A DNA stretch of 32,837 bases, from contig CACYBN010000106.1 of the NCBI GenBank assembly GCA_902772675.1, positions 1 to 32,837 on the forward strand, written 5' to 3'. Source of the DNA: an uncultured Erysipelotrichaceae bacterium. GTDB taxonomy: Bacteria; Bacillota_I; Bacilli_A; RF39; UBA660. This document shows positions 16,454 through 24,335 of the stretch, piece by piece. Below the pieces are notes generated by a model. That model searched no databases and was not told the DNA's origin. It was given only the letters and a program-made list of their open reading frames with translations. Position 1 is the stretch's first letter; each line of letters starts with the position of its first letter. The position numbers and the translations under genes were made by a program.

Positions 16454-18173
16454 TTGAACCTCCTACTTGTATATTTCTATTATTATCAGTAGCTTTTATA
16501 TAATTATGATAATCTAATGAATCTAAGAAATTTATTATAGCTTTATGAGTATCTGTACTTTCTTTATACATGAATTTATAATCTACTACTTCAGCAATTA
16601 TATTGTATAAAACAGCTCTTTCATAATTCTTTCTTTCTTCACGTTTCTTTATCTTAGTTTCTCTAGCAGAATAATTAACATAGAATAAATAACCATCTGC
16701 GATTAGAACTGCTACTATTAGTAATAGTCCTATCATAACTTGAGATAAGATAAAACTAATACTAGCTAATAATAGACCGCCCATAGTAATTAGTAACATT
16801 TTAGTATCAAATAATCCAGTTCCATAAATATCGTTATTTGTTTCATTATCTATAAAATTATTTAAGTCTTGAATTAATTCTCTTTCATTTGATCCATCTA
16901 TAGTATTATTTGTCCAGTTATTAATTTTTATTTCTATATTTAAATTATCATTTAATTGATTAGTTGTTTTTAAATATGCTTCTTTGATAAATTCTTTTTC
17001 TAAAGCCATTGATAATTTTCTTGTATTAACTGTTGGTTTAACATTTTTATATTCAAGTACTATGTTACTTAAAATAGAGTAGAAATCAGTTGAACTTTGA
17101 TATGCAAATTCTGTTTCTTTAAATCTTTCCATAGCTTTAGTAACATTACCATTTTCTTCAATAATTAATCTATTTTTAGCAATATCTTTTCTTAAATCTA
17201 ATTCATCATTTTCATAATTGAATACCAACATATTTATAATTTTATCTATTTCTTGAGATTTACTAATATTAGGTCCTTTTTCTTCTTTAATAATATCTTT
17301 TAATCCATTTAATATATTTTTTTCAGATTTAGAGAAATTTAATATTTTTAAAATATTTTCATGTTGGTTTGTATATTTACTTAAATAGTAGAAATTTAAT
17401 GATTCATCATTTTCAATGAAAGAATTTAAATATGTAGACCATCTATCTACTTGTATTTCTGAATATGATGGTTGGGTATCTAATTCTTTAGACCATTGAT
17501 TAATCTTTTGAAGAATCATTTCTTTAGCTTCATTACTAAATGTTCCATTGGTAATAGCATCTAAAATAGTAACAGTTTTATTTTCCATTTTAGTAGGATC
17601 TTGCATATCTAGATATCTTCTTAACCAACGAAGAGAAGTCTCATTTCTACCTGCTCTTAAGTGAATTAAACAGAATAGTAAAGAAGTTTTTTCATCATCT
17701 CTATTCATAGCTTCTTTTAAAGCTCTATTAGCTAAATCTTTATTATCAGTTAACCAGGCACATAAAGATACAAGTGCAGGTGCTAACCAATAATTAGGAG
17801 TATCTATAATTACTTGTTCACTAATATTTTCAATAGTAGATTTTTTTACTGAATTAATATCAGTTGCTTGGAATATACCATTTATTTTTCTTCTAACACT
17901 ATCATAATGACCATATTGTTTATTAATTTCATCTTGATCCATAGTAATACTTTGTTTTGCATTAGATACTATAGTACTTCCTCTTATTTCTACCATGAAA
18001 TTTTTTATTTCATCTTCAATAGTTTTTACTGATTCTGTAACACTATTAACTTTTCCATCTACTTCACTAACATTGAAATTTACATCTCCTAAATTCTTAG
18101 CAAGAGTACCAATATTATTTTCAATAGTTTCTAAGTTAGCAGCAGAAAGAACCAAAGCTTCATTACTAGCCAT
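16443..18173 (-). CDS. orphan 576-aa protein: N-terminal coiled coil, large helical cytoplasmic region, C-proximal two-helix membrane hairpin
   Basis: Heptad-like N-terminus (LETIENNIGTLAKNLGD...VTESVKTIEDEIKNF). Hydrophobic hairpin MLLITMGGLLLASISFILSQVMIGLLLIVAVLIADGYLFYV (residues ~458-499; nt 16802-16677), then a charged tail RETKIKKREERKNYER. First gene of the operon. Confidence 0.75.
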   Translation of the reverse strand: MASNEALVLSAANLETIENNIGTLAKNLGDVNFNVSEVDGKVNSVTESVKTIEDEIKNFMVEIRGSTIVSNAKQSITMDQDEINKQYGHYDSVRRKINGIFQATDINSVKKSTIENISEQVIIDTPNYWLAPALVSLCAWLTDNKDLANRALKEAMNRDDEKTSLLFCLIHLRAGRNETSLRWLRRYLDMQDPTKMENKTVTILDAITNGTFSNEAKEMILQKINQWSKELDTQPSYSEIQVDRWSTYLNSFIENDESLNFYYLSKYTNQHENILKILNFSKSEKNILNGLKDIIKEEKGPNISKSQEIDKIINMLVFNYENDELDLRKDIAKNRLIIEENGNVTKAMERFKETEFAYQSSTDFYSILSNIVLEYKNVKPTVNTRKLSMALEKEFIKEAYLKTTNQLNDNLNIEIKINNWTNNTIDGSNERELIQDLNNFIDNETNNDIYGTGLFDTKMLLITMGGLLLASISFILSQVMIGLLLIVAVLIADGYLFYVNYSARETKIKKREERKNYERAVLYNIIAEVVDYKFMYKESTDTHKAIINFLDSLDYHNYIKATDNNRNIQVGGSNGQ

Positions 18174-18195
18174 CCTATCACTTCCTATTATGATA

Positions 18196-18204
18196 ATTAT
18201 ATCA
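18196..18204 (-). promoter_or_regulatory. candidate extended -10 promoter element (TGATATAAT on minus strand) for the four-gene operon
   Basis: The reverse complement of ATTATATCA is TGATATAAT, 22 nt upstream of ATG 18173, with AGGAAGTGA in between. Confidence 0.45.
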
Positions 18205-18303
18205 TTGTTTATATTGATTTAAAAAGTTAATTAAATAAAAAGTGTAAATAGTTAATACTAGTAATGGGGGTTAATTTTTAGTATAATTAAATTGGTGATG
18301 AAG

Positions 18304-19902
18304 ATGAATGATATAGATATAGCAAAATCAGTACAAAAGAAAGAAATATTAGAGATAACTAGAGAGTTAGATATAGATGATGATTTAGTTGAAAGTTATG
18401 GAAAATATAAAGCTAAAATTAAATTTAACGATATATTAAATAGTAAAAATGGTAAATTGGTTTTAGTAACTGCTATTAATCCAACTCCATTTGGTGAAGG
18501 TAAAACAACTATTAGTATTGGTTTATTAGATGGATTAAGATATATGAAACAAAATGCTATAGCTGTATTAAGAGAACCTTCATTAGGACCTGTATTTGGT
18601 TTTAAAGGAGGAGCTACTGGTGGAGGATATTCTCAAGTTGTTCCTATGGAAGATATAAATATTCATTTTACTGGAGATATACATGCTATTACTACAGCTA
18701 ATAATTTGATATGTGCTGCTGTAGATAATCATATATATCAAGGAAATGAATTGGGAATAAAGAAAGTTACATTTAAAAGATGTTTAGATATAAATGATAG
18801 AGCTTTAAGAGATAATTTTAATATAACTGCAGCTTCTGAAGTAATGACTATATTTGGATTATCTAATGATTTACAAGAATTAAAAGAGAATTTAGGTAAT
18901 ATTATCGTAGGTTATACAGAAGAAGGAAAAGCTGTATATGCTAGAGATTTAAATATTGAAGGAAGTTTAGCTGTTATTCTAAAAGATGCAATTAATCCTA
19001 ATATTGTTCAAACTTTAGAAAATAATCCAGTATTAATACATGGTGGACCTTTTGCTAATGTGTCTATTGGATGTAATAGTATTATTGCTACTAAATTAGG
19101 ATTAAAATTAAGTGATATAGTTATTACTGAAGCTGGTTTTGGATCTGATTTAGGAGCAGAAAAGTTCTTTGATATTAAATGTCGTAAAGCTGGTATTAAA
19201 CCTGATTGTGTAGTTTTAGTATGTACTATTAAAGCATTAAAATATAATGGTGGAGTAGAAAGTGACTTCCAAACTGAAAATGTAGATGCTGTTCATAAAG
19301 GTTTACCTAATTTAAATGTTCATATAGAAAATATGCAAAAGTTTAATTCAAATGTTATTGTATGTTTAAATAAATATGATACAGATACTATGGAAGAAAT
19401 AGATGTAGTAAGACAATGTTGTAAATGTTATAATGTTCCTTTTGTTATTTCAGATAGTTATTCAAAAGGTGGAGTAGGATCAGTTGTCCTTGCAAAAGAA
19501 GTATTAGATACTTTAGAAAAAGAAAATGAATTTAAGTATTTATATGATGAATTTGATTCAATCGAAGATAAAATAGATAAGATATGTAAGGAGATATATC
19601 ATGCTGGAAATGTTGAATATTCAGATTTAGCTCAAGCTAAATTACAATTAATTAAGAATTTAGAATTAACTCATTTACCTGTATGTATATCTAAAACTCA
19701 ATATTCAATATCTGACGATCCTAAAGTTTTAGGTTATCCAGAAGGTCATACTATGCATGTAAGAGATATAGAAATTTATAATGGAGCAGGTTTTGTTACT
19801 GTATTAATGGGTAAAACTTTAACTATGCCAGGGTTACCTAAAAAACCTAATTATGAAAAGATTGATATTGATGATAATCTAGAAATCGTAGGTCTAAGTT
19901 AG
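18304..19902 (+). CDS. fhs: formate--tetrahydrofolate ligase
   Basis: Full-length match to the family by eye (MNDIDIAKS..., INPTPFGEGKTTISIGL, GGPFANVSIGCNS, ...PGLPKKPNYEKID). Start ATG 18304 (GGTGA plus 5 nt) is preferred to the track's TTG 18292. Confidence 0.95.
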   Translation: MNDIDIAKSVQKKEILEITRELDIDDDLVESYGKYKAKIKFNDILNSKNGKLVLVTAINPTPFGEGKTTISIGLLDGLRYMKQNAIAVLREPSLGPVFGFKGGATGGGYSQVVPMEDINIHFTGDIHAITTANNLICAAVDNHIYQGNELGIKKVTFKRCLDINDRALRDNFNITAASEVMTIFGLSNDLQELKENLGNIIVGYTEEGKAVYARDLNIEGSLAVILKDAINPNIVQTLENNPVLIHGGPFANVSIGCNSIIATKLGLKLSDIVITEAGFGSDLGAEKFFDIKCRKAGIKPDCVVLVCTIKALKYNGGVESDFQTENVDAVHKGLPNLNVHIENMQKFNSNVIVCLNKYDTDTMEEIDVVRQCCKCYNVPFVISDSYSKGGVGSVVLAKEVLDTLEKENEFKYLYDEFDSIEDKIDKICKEIYHAGNVEYSDLAQAKLQLIKNLELTHLPVCISKTQYSISDDPKVLGYPEGHTMHVRDIEIYNGAGFVTVLMGKTLTMPGLPKKPNYEKIDIDDNLEIVGLS

Positions 19903-19924
19903 ATTATTGCTTACAAAAAAAGTT

Positions 19925-19953
19925 TTAACAAATCACAAAAAAGAATATATTAT
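19925..19953 (+). promoter_or_regulatory. candidate promoter TTAACA-17-TATTAT
   Basis: -35-like 19925-19930, 17-nt spacer, and -10-like 19948-19953, upstream of the 20022 gene. Confidence 0.3.
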
Positions 19954-20021
19954 GGCATGAACTAGAAAATAAGAATAAAATGTGCTATGATGTACTAGTC
20001 ATTGAGGGGGATTTGAAAACA

Positions 20022-20531
20022 ATGAGAAATGAAAATGTTTATGCTAGAGACTTAGAAAATTATCTTAAACCAGTTGACAATTTAATAATTAGAAGTATAA
20101 AAGCTTTAGCTGGTAAATTAAGATTATCATCTAAAAAAATTGGAGTATCTTATGAACCAACAAAAGAAGGTGCAGGAGCGTCATTAAGTGAATATGATTC
20201 TGTTAGATCAGAAATGGTTAAAAGAATTGAAGGTTCAAGTTTATTAAATTCTCCAGTTATTGTTAGAGAAATTAAAAAAGCTGGTTTTGAAAATGCTGAA
20301 GACTTTATAGCAAAAGCTAAATCAAAATTATCTGGAGAAAAAGATAGTGGAGCTTTAAGAAGAGTTTTAATGCATGGAGAAGTTGAACGTATGGAAGCTA
20401 AAAATAATGGTGATGTATTTGTAAAATTAGATTCTGATATGCTTCATCCAATGGGAAGAATTGGTGATAGTGAAATCGGACAAGCTATTAATGTTCATAG
20501 TGTAAAACAATTAGTAAGATCATTTAGATAA
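20022..20531 (+). CDS. hypothetical soluble protein (169 aa)
   Basis: ORF between fhs and gatC. GAGGGGG at 20004-20010 favours ATG 20022 (MRNENVYARDL...) over the track start 19980, which has no RBS. The spacer is somewhat long at 11 nt. No family recognised. Confidence 0.6.
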   Translation: MRNENVYARDLENYLKPVDNLIIRSIKALAGKLRLSSKKIGVSYEPTKEGAGASLSEYDSVRSEMVKRIEGSSLLNSPVIVREIKKAGFENAEDFIAKAKSKLSGEKDSGALRRVLMHGEVERMEAKNNGDVFVKLDSDMLHPMGRIGDSEIGQAINVHSVKQLVRSFR

Positions 20532-20532
20532 G

Positions 20533-20555
20533 AGATTGCATATGCAATCTTTTTA
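20533..20555 (+). terminator. intrinsic terminator
   Basis: AGATTGCA-TA-TGCAATCT perfect palindrome followed by TTTTATTT. Confidence 0.7.
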
Positions 20556-20589
20556 TTTGCTTAAAATGGTTTAATTTAAAAGTTATATT

Positions 20590-20598
20590 TGTTATAAT
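20590..20598 (+). promoter_or_regulatory. candidate extended -10 promoter element (TGTTATAAT) for gatCAB
   Basis: TGnTATAAT match 31 nt upstream of ATG 20630, with GGAGGG RBS at 20619-20624. Confidence 0.45.
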
Positions 20599-20629
20599 AA
20601 ATAAGAAATTGTGTATACGGAGGGATTAT

Positions 20630-20926
20630 ATGTCTGATAGTTTGACAAGAGAAGAAGTTTTGCATGTAGCTAGACTTGCTAGAATTAAACTAACTGAGGA
20701 AGAAATAGAAAAATATTCTCATCAATTAAAAACATTAATGGATGATGTAGATAAAATAAAAGAAGTTAAATTAAATAGTGAGGAAAGAGTTATTACTCCA
20801 ACTGAAGAAGTAACGGTATGTAGAGAAGATGTTGCTGGAGAAATGCTTGATCCTGAAGAAATAATGATAAATGTACCTAATAGTAATGGTAATTTTGTGG
20901 AAGTTCCGGTGATGATAGATGAGTAA
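20630..20926 (+). CDS. gatC: Asp-tRNA(Asn)/Glu-tRNA(Gln) amidotransferase subunit C
   Basis: MSDSLTREEVLHVARLARIKLTEEEIEKYSHQL is a typical GatC N-terminus. It overlaps gatA by 8 nt. Track start 20609 lacks an RBS. Confidence 0.9.
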   Translation: MSDSLTREEVLHVARLARIKLTEEEIEKYSHQLKTLMDDVDKIKEVKLNSEERVITPTEEVTVCREDVAGEMLDPEEIMINVPNSNGNFVEVPVMIDE

Positions 20927-22373
20927 ATATTTAGATTTAGGTATTAAAGAATTACATAATAAATTAGTTAATAAAGAAATTAAACCAAAAGATTTAGTGC
21001 TTGAAGCTTTTGAAAGAATAGAAGCTAATCAAGATTTAAATGCATTTATTACTTTAGATAAAGAAGGAGCTATTAAAAGAGCTGAAGAACTTGAAAATGT
21101 CGAAAGTGATAGTCTTTATTATGGAATTCCTATAGCTATAAAAGATAATATAGTTACTAAAGGTTTAAGAACTACATGTGCATCTCATATCTTAGATAAT
21201 TTTTATCCAATATATGATGCTACTATTATTGAAACAATTAAAAATAATAATATGATTATTATTGGTAAAACTAATATGGATGAATTTGCAATGGGATCTA
21301 CTAGCCAAACTAGTTATTTTGGTGCTCCTAAAAATCCATGGAATAAAACTAAAGTTTCTGGTGGATCTAGTGGTGGTAGTGCTGTATGTGTTAGTGCAGG
21401 TTTAGTACCATTTGCTTTAGGTAGTGATACAGGTGGGTCTATTAGACAACCATCTAGTTATTGTGGAATCGTTGGAATGAAACCAACTTATGGAAGAGTA
21501 TCAAGATATGGTCTAATTGCTTTTGGTTCAAGTCTAGACCAAATAGGACCAATGACAAAAACTGTTTATGATAATGCTTTATTGTTAAATCTAATATCAG
21601 GACATGATGATAAAGATTTAACAAGTTCAAGAAAACCAGTTGATGATTATACTAGATTAATTGGTAAACCAATAGATGGATTAAAAATAGGGGTACCTAA
21701 ATTCTTTATGAGCGAAATAGTATCTGATGAAGTAAAGTCTAAAGTAGAAGAAATTATTAAACTTTTAGAGGACAATGGTGCTCAAATAGAATATATAGAT
21801 ATCGATTATATTGAAAATGCAGTTACTTTATATCAAATAATAGCTATGGGAGAAGCTAGTAGTAATTTAGCTAGATTTGATGGAATTAAATATGGATTCT
21901 CTAAGAAAGATCCTGAAGGAATAGATGATCTATATGAATCAACTAGAGGAGAAGGATTTGGAGAAGAAGTAAAAAGAAGAATTATGGTAGGTTCTTACTT
22001 ATTAAGTGGAGATAATGCAAAAATTTATTATAATAAAGCACTTCAAATTAGAAATGGAATTAGAGAGTCTTTCTTAAAAGCATTTGAAAAATACGATTTA
22101 ATTATTGGACCAAATGCTACTACTACTGCATATAATTTAGGTGAAGGATTAGATGATCCACTTAAGACATTCTTAGATGATATATTAGTAATACCAGTTA
22201 ATATGGCTGGTCTTCCAGGTATGAATGTACCTATTGGATTTGGTAAAGATAAATTACCTATAGGTCTACAAATTATTGGTGATGAATTTGAAGAAGCAAA
22301 AATGTATCAATTAGCATCTTTCATCGAAGAAAAATTAAACTTAGATTTAGATCCTTTTAAGGAGGTAAAATAA
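20919..22373 (+). CDS. gatA: Asp-tRNA(Asn)/Glu-tRNA(Gln) amidotransferase subunit A
   Basis: Amidase signature (GGSSGGSAVCV, GSDTGGSIRQPSSYCG) and position in gatC-A-B order. Confidence 0.95.
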   Translation: MSKYLDLGIKELHNKLVNKEIKPKDLVLEAFERIEANQDLNAFITLDKEGAIKRAEELENVESDSLYYGIPIAIKDNIVTKGLRTTCASHILDNFYPIYDATIIETIKNNNMIIIGKTNMDEFAMGSTSQTSYFGAPKNPWNKTKVSGGSSGGSAVCVSAGLVPFALGSDTGGSIRQPSSYCGIVGMKPTYGRVSRYGLIAFGSSLDQIGPMTKTVYDNALLLNLISGHDDKDLTSSRKPVDDYTRLIGKPIDGLKIGVPKFFMSEIVSDEVKSKVEEIIKLLEDNGAQIEYIDIDYIENAVTLYQIIAMGEASSNLARFDGIKYGFSKKDPEGIDDLYESTRGEGFGEEVKRRIMVGSYLLSGDNAKIYYNKALQIRNGIRESFLKAFEKYDLIIGPNATTTAYNLGEGLDDPLKTFLDDILVIPVNMAGLPGMNVPIGFGKDKLPIGLQIIGDEFEEAKMYQLASFIEEKLNLDLDPFKEVK

Positions 22374-23785
22374 TGTATACAAAAACTATAGGTATAGAAA
22401 TTCACGTAGAATTAAAAACTAATACTAAGATTTATTCTAATAGTATTAATGGATATGGAAAAACTGCTAATAGTAATGTTAATGTAGTAGATTTAGGTTA
22501 TCCTGGAACTTTACCTACATTAAATGATGCTGTTATTAGAACAGCTTTAAAAGCAGCTATTATCTTAAATTGTGATATTAATAAGAGAATGCATTTCGAT
22601 AGAAAAAATTATTTCTATCCAGATTTACCTAAAGGATATCAAATTACTCAAGCTGAAACTCCAATCGGAGTAAATGGTTATGTAGATATCGATGTTAATG
22701 GAGAAACAAAAAGAATAAGAATTCATGATATACATATAGAAGAAGATACTTGTAAGAGTATTCACTATAAACATCATTCATTCTTAGACTTTAATAGAGC
22801 AGGTGTTCCACTTGTTGAAATAGTTACTGAAGCTGATATGCATAGTGCTGAAGAAGCTATGGCTTATGTAGAAAAATTAAGAGAATTATTCTTATATGCT
22901 GATATATCTGATTGTAAGATTGAAGAAGGAAGTATGAGATGTGATGTTAATATTTCTATTTCTAAGACAGATGAATTAGGAGTAAGAGCAGAAATCAAGA
23001 ATATTGGTTCAATCAGTAGTGTTGGTAAAGCTATTAATAGAGAAGCAGCAAGACAAGAAGAATTATTAGAAAATGGAAAAGAAGTTACTTTTGCAACATA
23101 TAGATATGATGAAAAGAAAGATGAAACTATAATGATGCGTGTAAAAGAAGCTGGTAATGATTATAGATATTTCCCAGAACCAGATATTCCATTTGTTGAA
23201 CTTGATGATGAAATTATTAAGGAAGTAACTGAATCAATTCCTATGTTAGCAAGTGAAAGAAGAAAGATTTATGTTCAAAGAGGAATAAGTGAATTAAATG
23301 CTAATAAAATAATTCAAAATAGAGATATTTCTGATTATTTAAATAATTTCTTAGATACTGATATTAATCTAGTACAAGCATCTAATTTGTTATTAGGAGA
23401 TATTTCTGCTTATTTAAATAAAGAAGAAAAAAGTATTTTCAATACTAAATTAGATACTAATAAGTTTATTGATGTAGTAAATAAACTTGATAAAGGTGAA
23501 ATCAACTCTAAAGTATTTAAAGATATTTTAGTAGATCTTATGGAAAAAGAAGATAGTGTTGATGAAATTATTTCTAGCAAAGGAATTAAAATTATTTCTG
23601 ATCCAGAAGAATTAAAGAAAATAGTTCTTACTATTTTAGAAAATAATCAAAATAGTGTTAATGATTACAAGAATGGAAATGAAAGAGCTATTAAATTCTT
23701 AATGGGTCAAATTATGAAAGAAACAAAAGGGTCTGCTAATCCTGAGTTAGTAAATAAATTGTTAGAAGAAGAACTTAAAAAGTAG
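22373..23785 (+). CDS. gatB: Asp-tRNA(Asn)/Glu-tRNA(Gln) amidotransferase subunit B
   Basis: TIGIEIHVELKT, FDRKNYFYPDLPKGYQITQ and a C-terminal GatB/YqeY domain (FLMGQIMKETKGSANP). TAATG coupling to gatA. Confidence 0.95.
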   Translation: MYTKTIGIEIHVELKTNTKIYSNSINGYGKTANSNVNVVDLGYPGTLPTLNDAVIRTALKAAIILNCDINKRMHFDRKNYFYPDLPKGYQITQAETPIGVNGYVDIDVNGETKRIRIHDIHIEEDTCKSIHYKHHSFLDFNRAGVPLVEIVTEADMHSAEEAMAYVEKLRELFLYADISDCKIEEGSMRCDVNISISKTDELGVRAEIKNIGSISSVGKAINREAARQEELLENGKEVTFATYRYDEKKDETIMMRVKEAGNDYRYFPEPDIPFVELDDEIIKEVTESIPMLASERRKIYVQRGISELNANKIIQNRDISDYLNNFLDTDINLVQASNLLLGDISAYLNKEEKSIFNTKLDTNKFIDVVNKLDKGEINSKVFKDILVDLMEKEDSVDEIISSKGIKIISDPEELKKIVLTILENNQNSVNDYKNGNERAIKFLMGQIMKETKGSANPELVNKLLEEELKK

Positions 23786-23838
23786 TTTTTAAAAAATGAA
23801 TACTAGTGTATAATTTAATTATACTAAGGAGGCAAATT

Positions 23839-24327
23839 ATGAAATCTAGTCTTAAATTTTTAAAGAGAAATTTATTAACAATATTTGTAATAATTATATT
23901 TATTATAGGTATGCTTGTATTATCTTATTTCAAAAAATTATATTGGGATAACAATGATAAAGCTGCATATGGATCAAGATTAGATGGTATAGAAAACTAT
24001 AAATTAACTGATGAAGAAATGAATACTCTAAAAGAAACTATTTCTAAAGACTCTGATGTTTTAGACTTAGATATATCTGTTCAAGGTAAAATTATAAATA
24101 TCGAAGTTAAAGCAGCAGAAAGATTAGAAGTAAAAAATGCTAAGAATATGGCTAATGAGTGGGTTAAGTTAATTCCAGATGATACACGTTCTTATTTCTC
24201 AGTACAATTTTATTTTTATAAAGAGAAAGCAAAGACAGATGATAAAAAAGAAAACAATAGTCCATTCCCTATAATAGGATATTTACATTATGGGAATAAT
24301 ACTATATCTTGGACAAAAGATAGATAG
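23839..24327 (+). CDS. hypothetical N-terminally membrane-anchored protein (162 aa)
   Basis: AAGGAGG at 23826-23832, then ATG 23839 (MKSSLKFLKRNLLTIFVIIIFIIGMLVLSYF...). The track start 23806 has no RBS. Confidence 0.6.
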   Translation: MKSSLKFLKRNLLTIFVIIIFIIGMLVLSYFKKLYWDNNDKAAYGSRLDGIENYKLTDEEMNTLKETISKDSDVLDLDISVQGKIINIEVKAAERLEVKNAKNMANEWVKLIPDDTRSYFSVQFYFYKEKAKTDDKKENNSPFPIIGYLHYGNNTISWTKDR

Positions 24328-24335
24328 GAGATTAT

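Noticed and set aside
11518-18173. Prophage remnant, integrative element or transposon
   Set aside because: There are no integrase, recombinase, transposase, phage structural or tRNA genes, and I could see no flanking direct or inverted repeats. Composition looks like the rest of the window.
17995-18222. 75-aa plus-strand ORF
   Set aside because: It lies antisense to the 5' end of the 576-aa gene and spans that gene's promoter region. It has no RBS.
18174-18303. THF riboswitch upstream of fhs
   Set aside because: The 130-nt divergent region is almost pure A/T, apart from GGGGG at 18266-18270. It has no paired GC-rich helices, and candidate divergent promoter elements account for it.
20532-20629. 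T-box or riboswitch leader upstream of gatCAB
   Set aside because: The region is only ~100 nt, and the first 25 nt are the upstream terminator. There is no specifier or antiterminator-like structure and no GC-rich conserved core.
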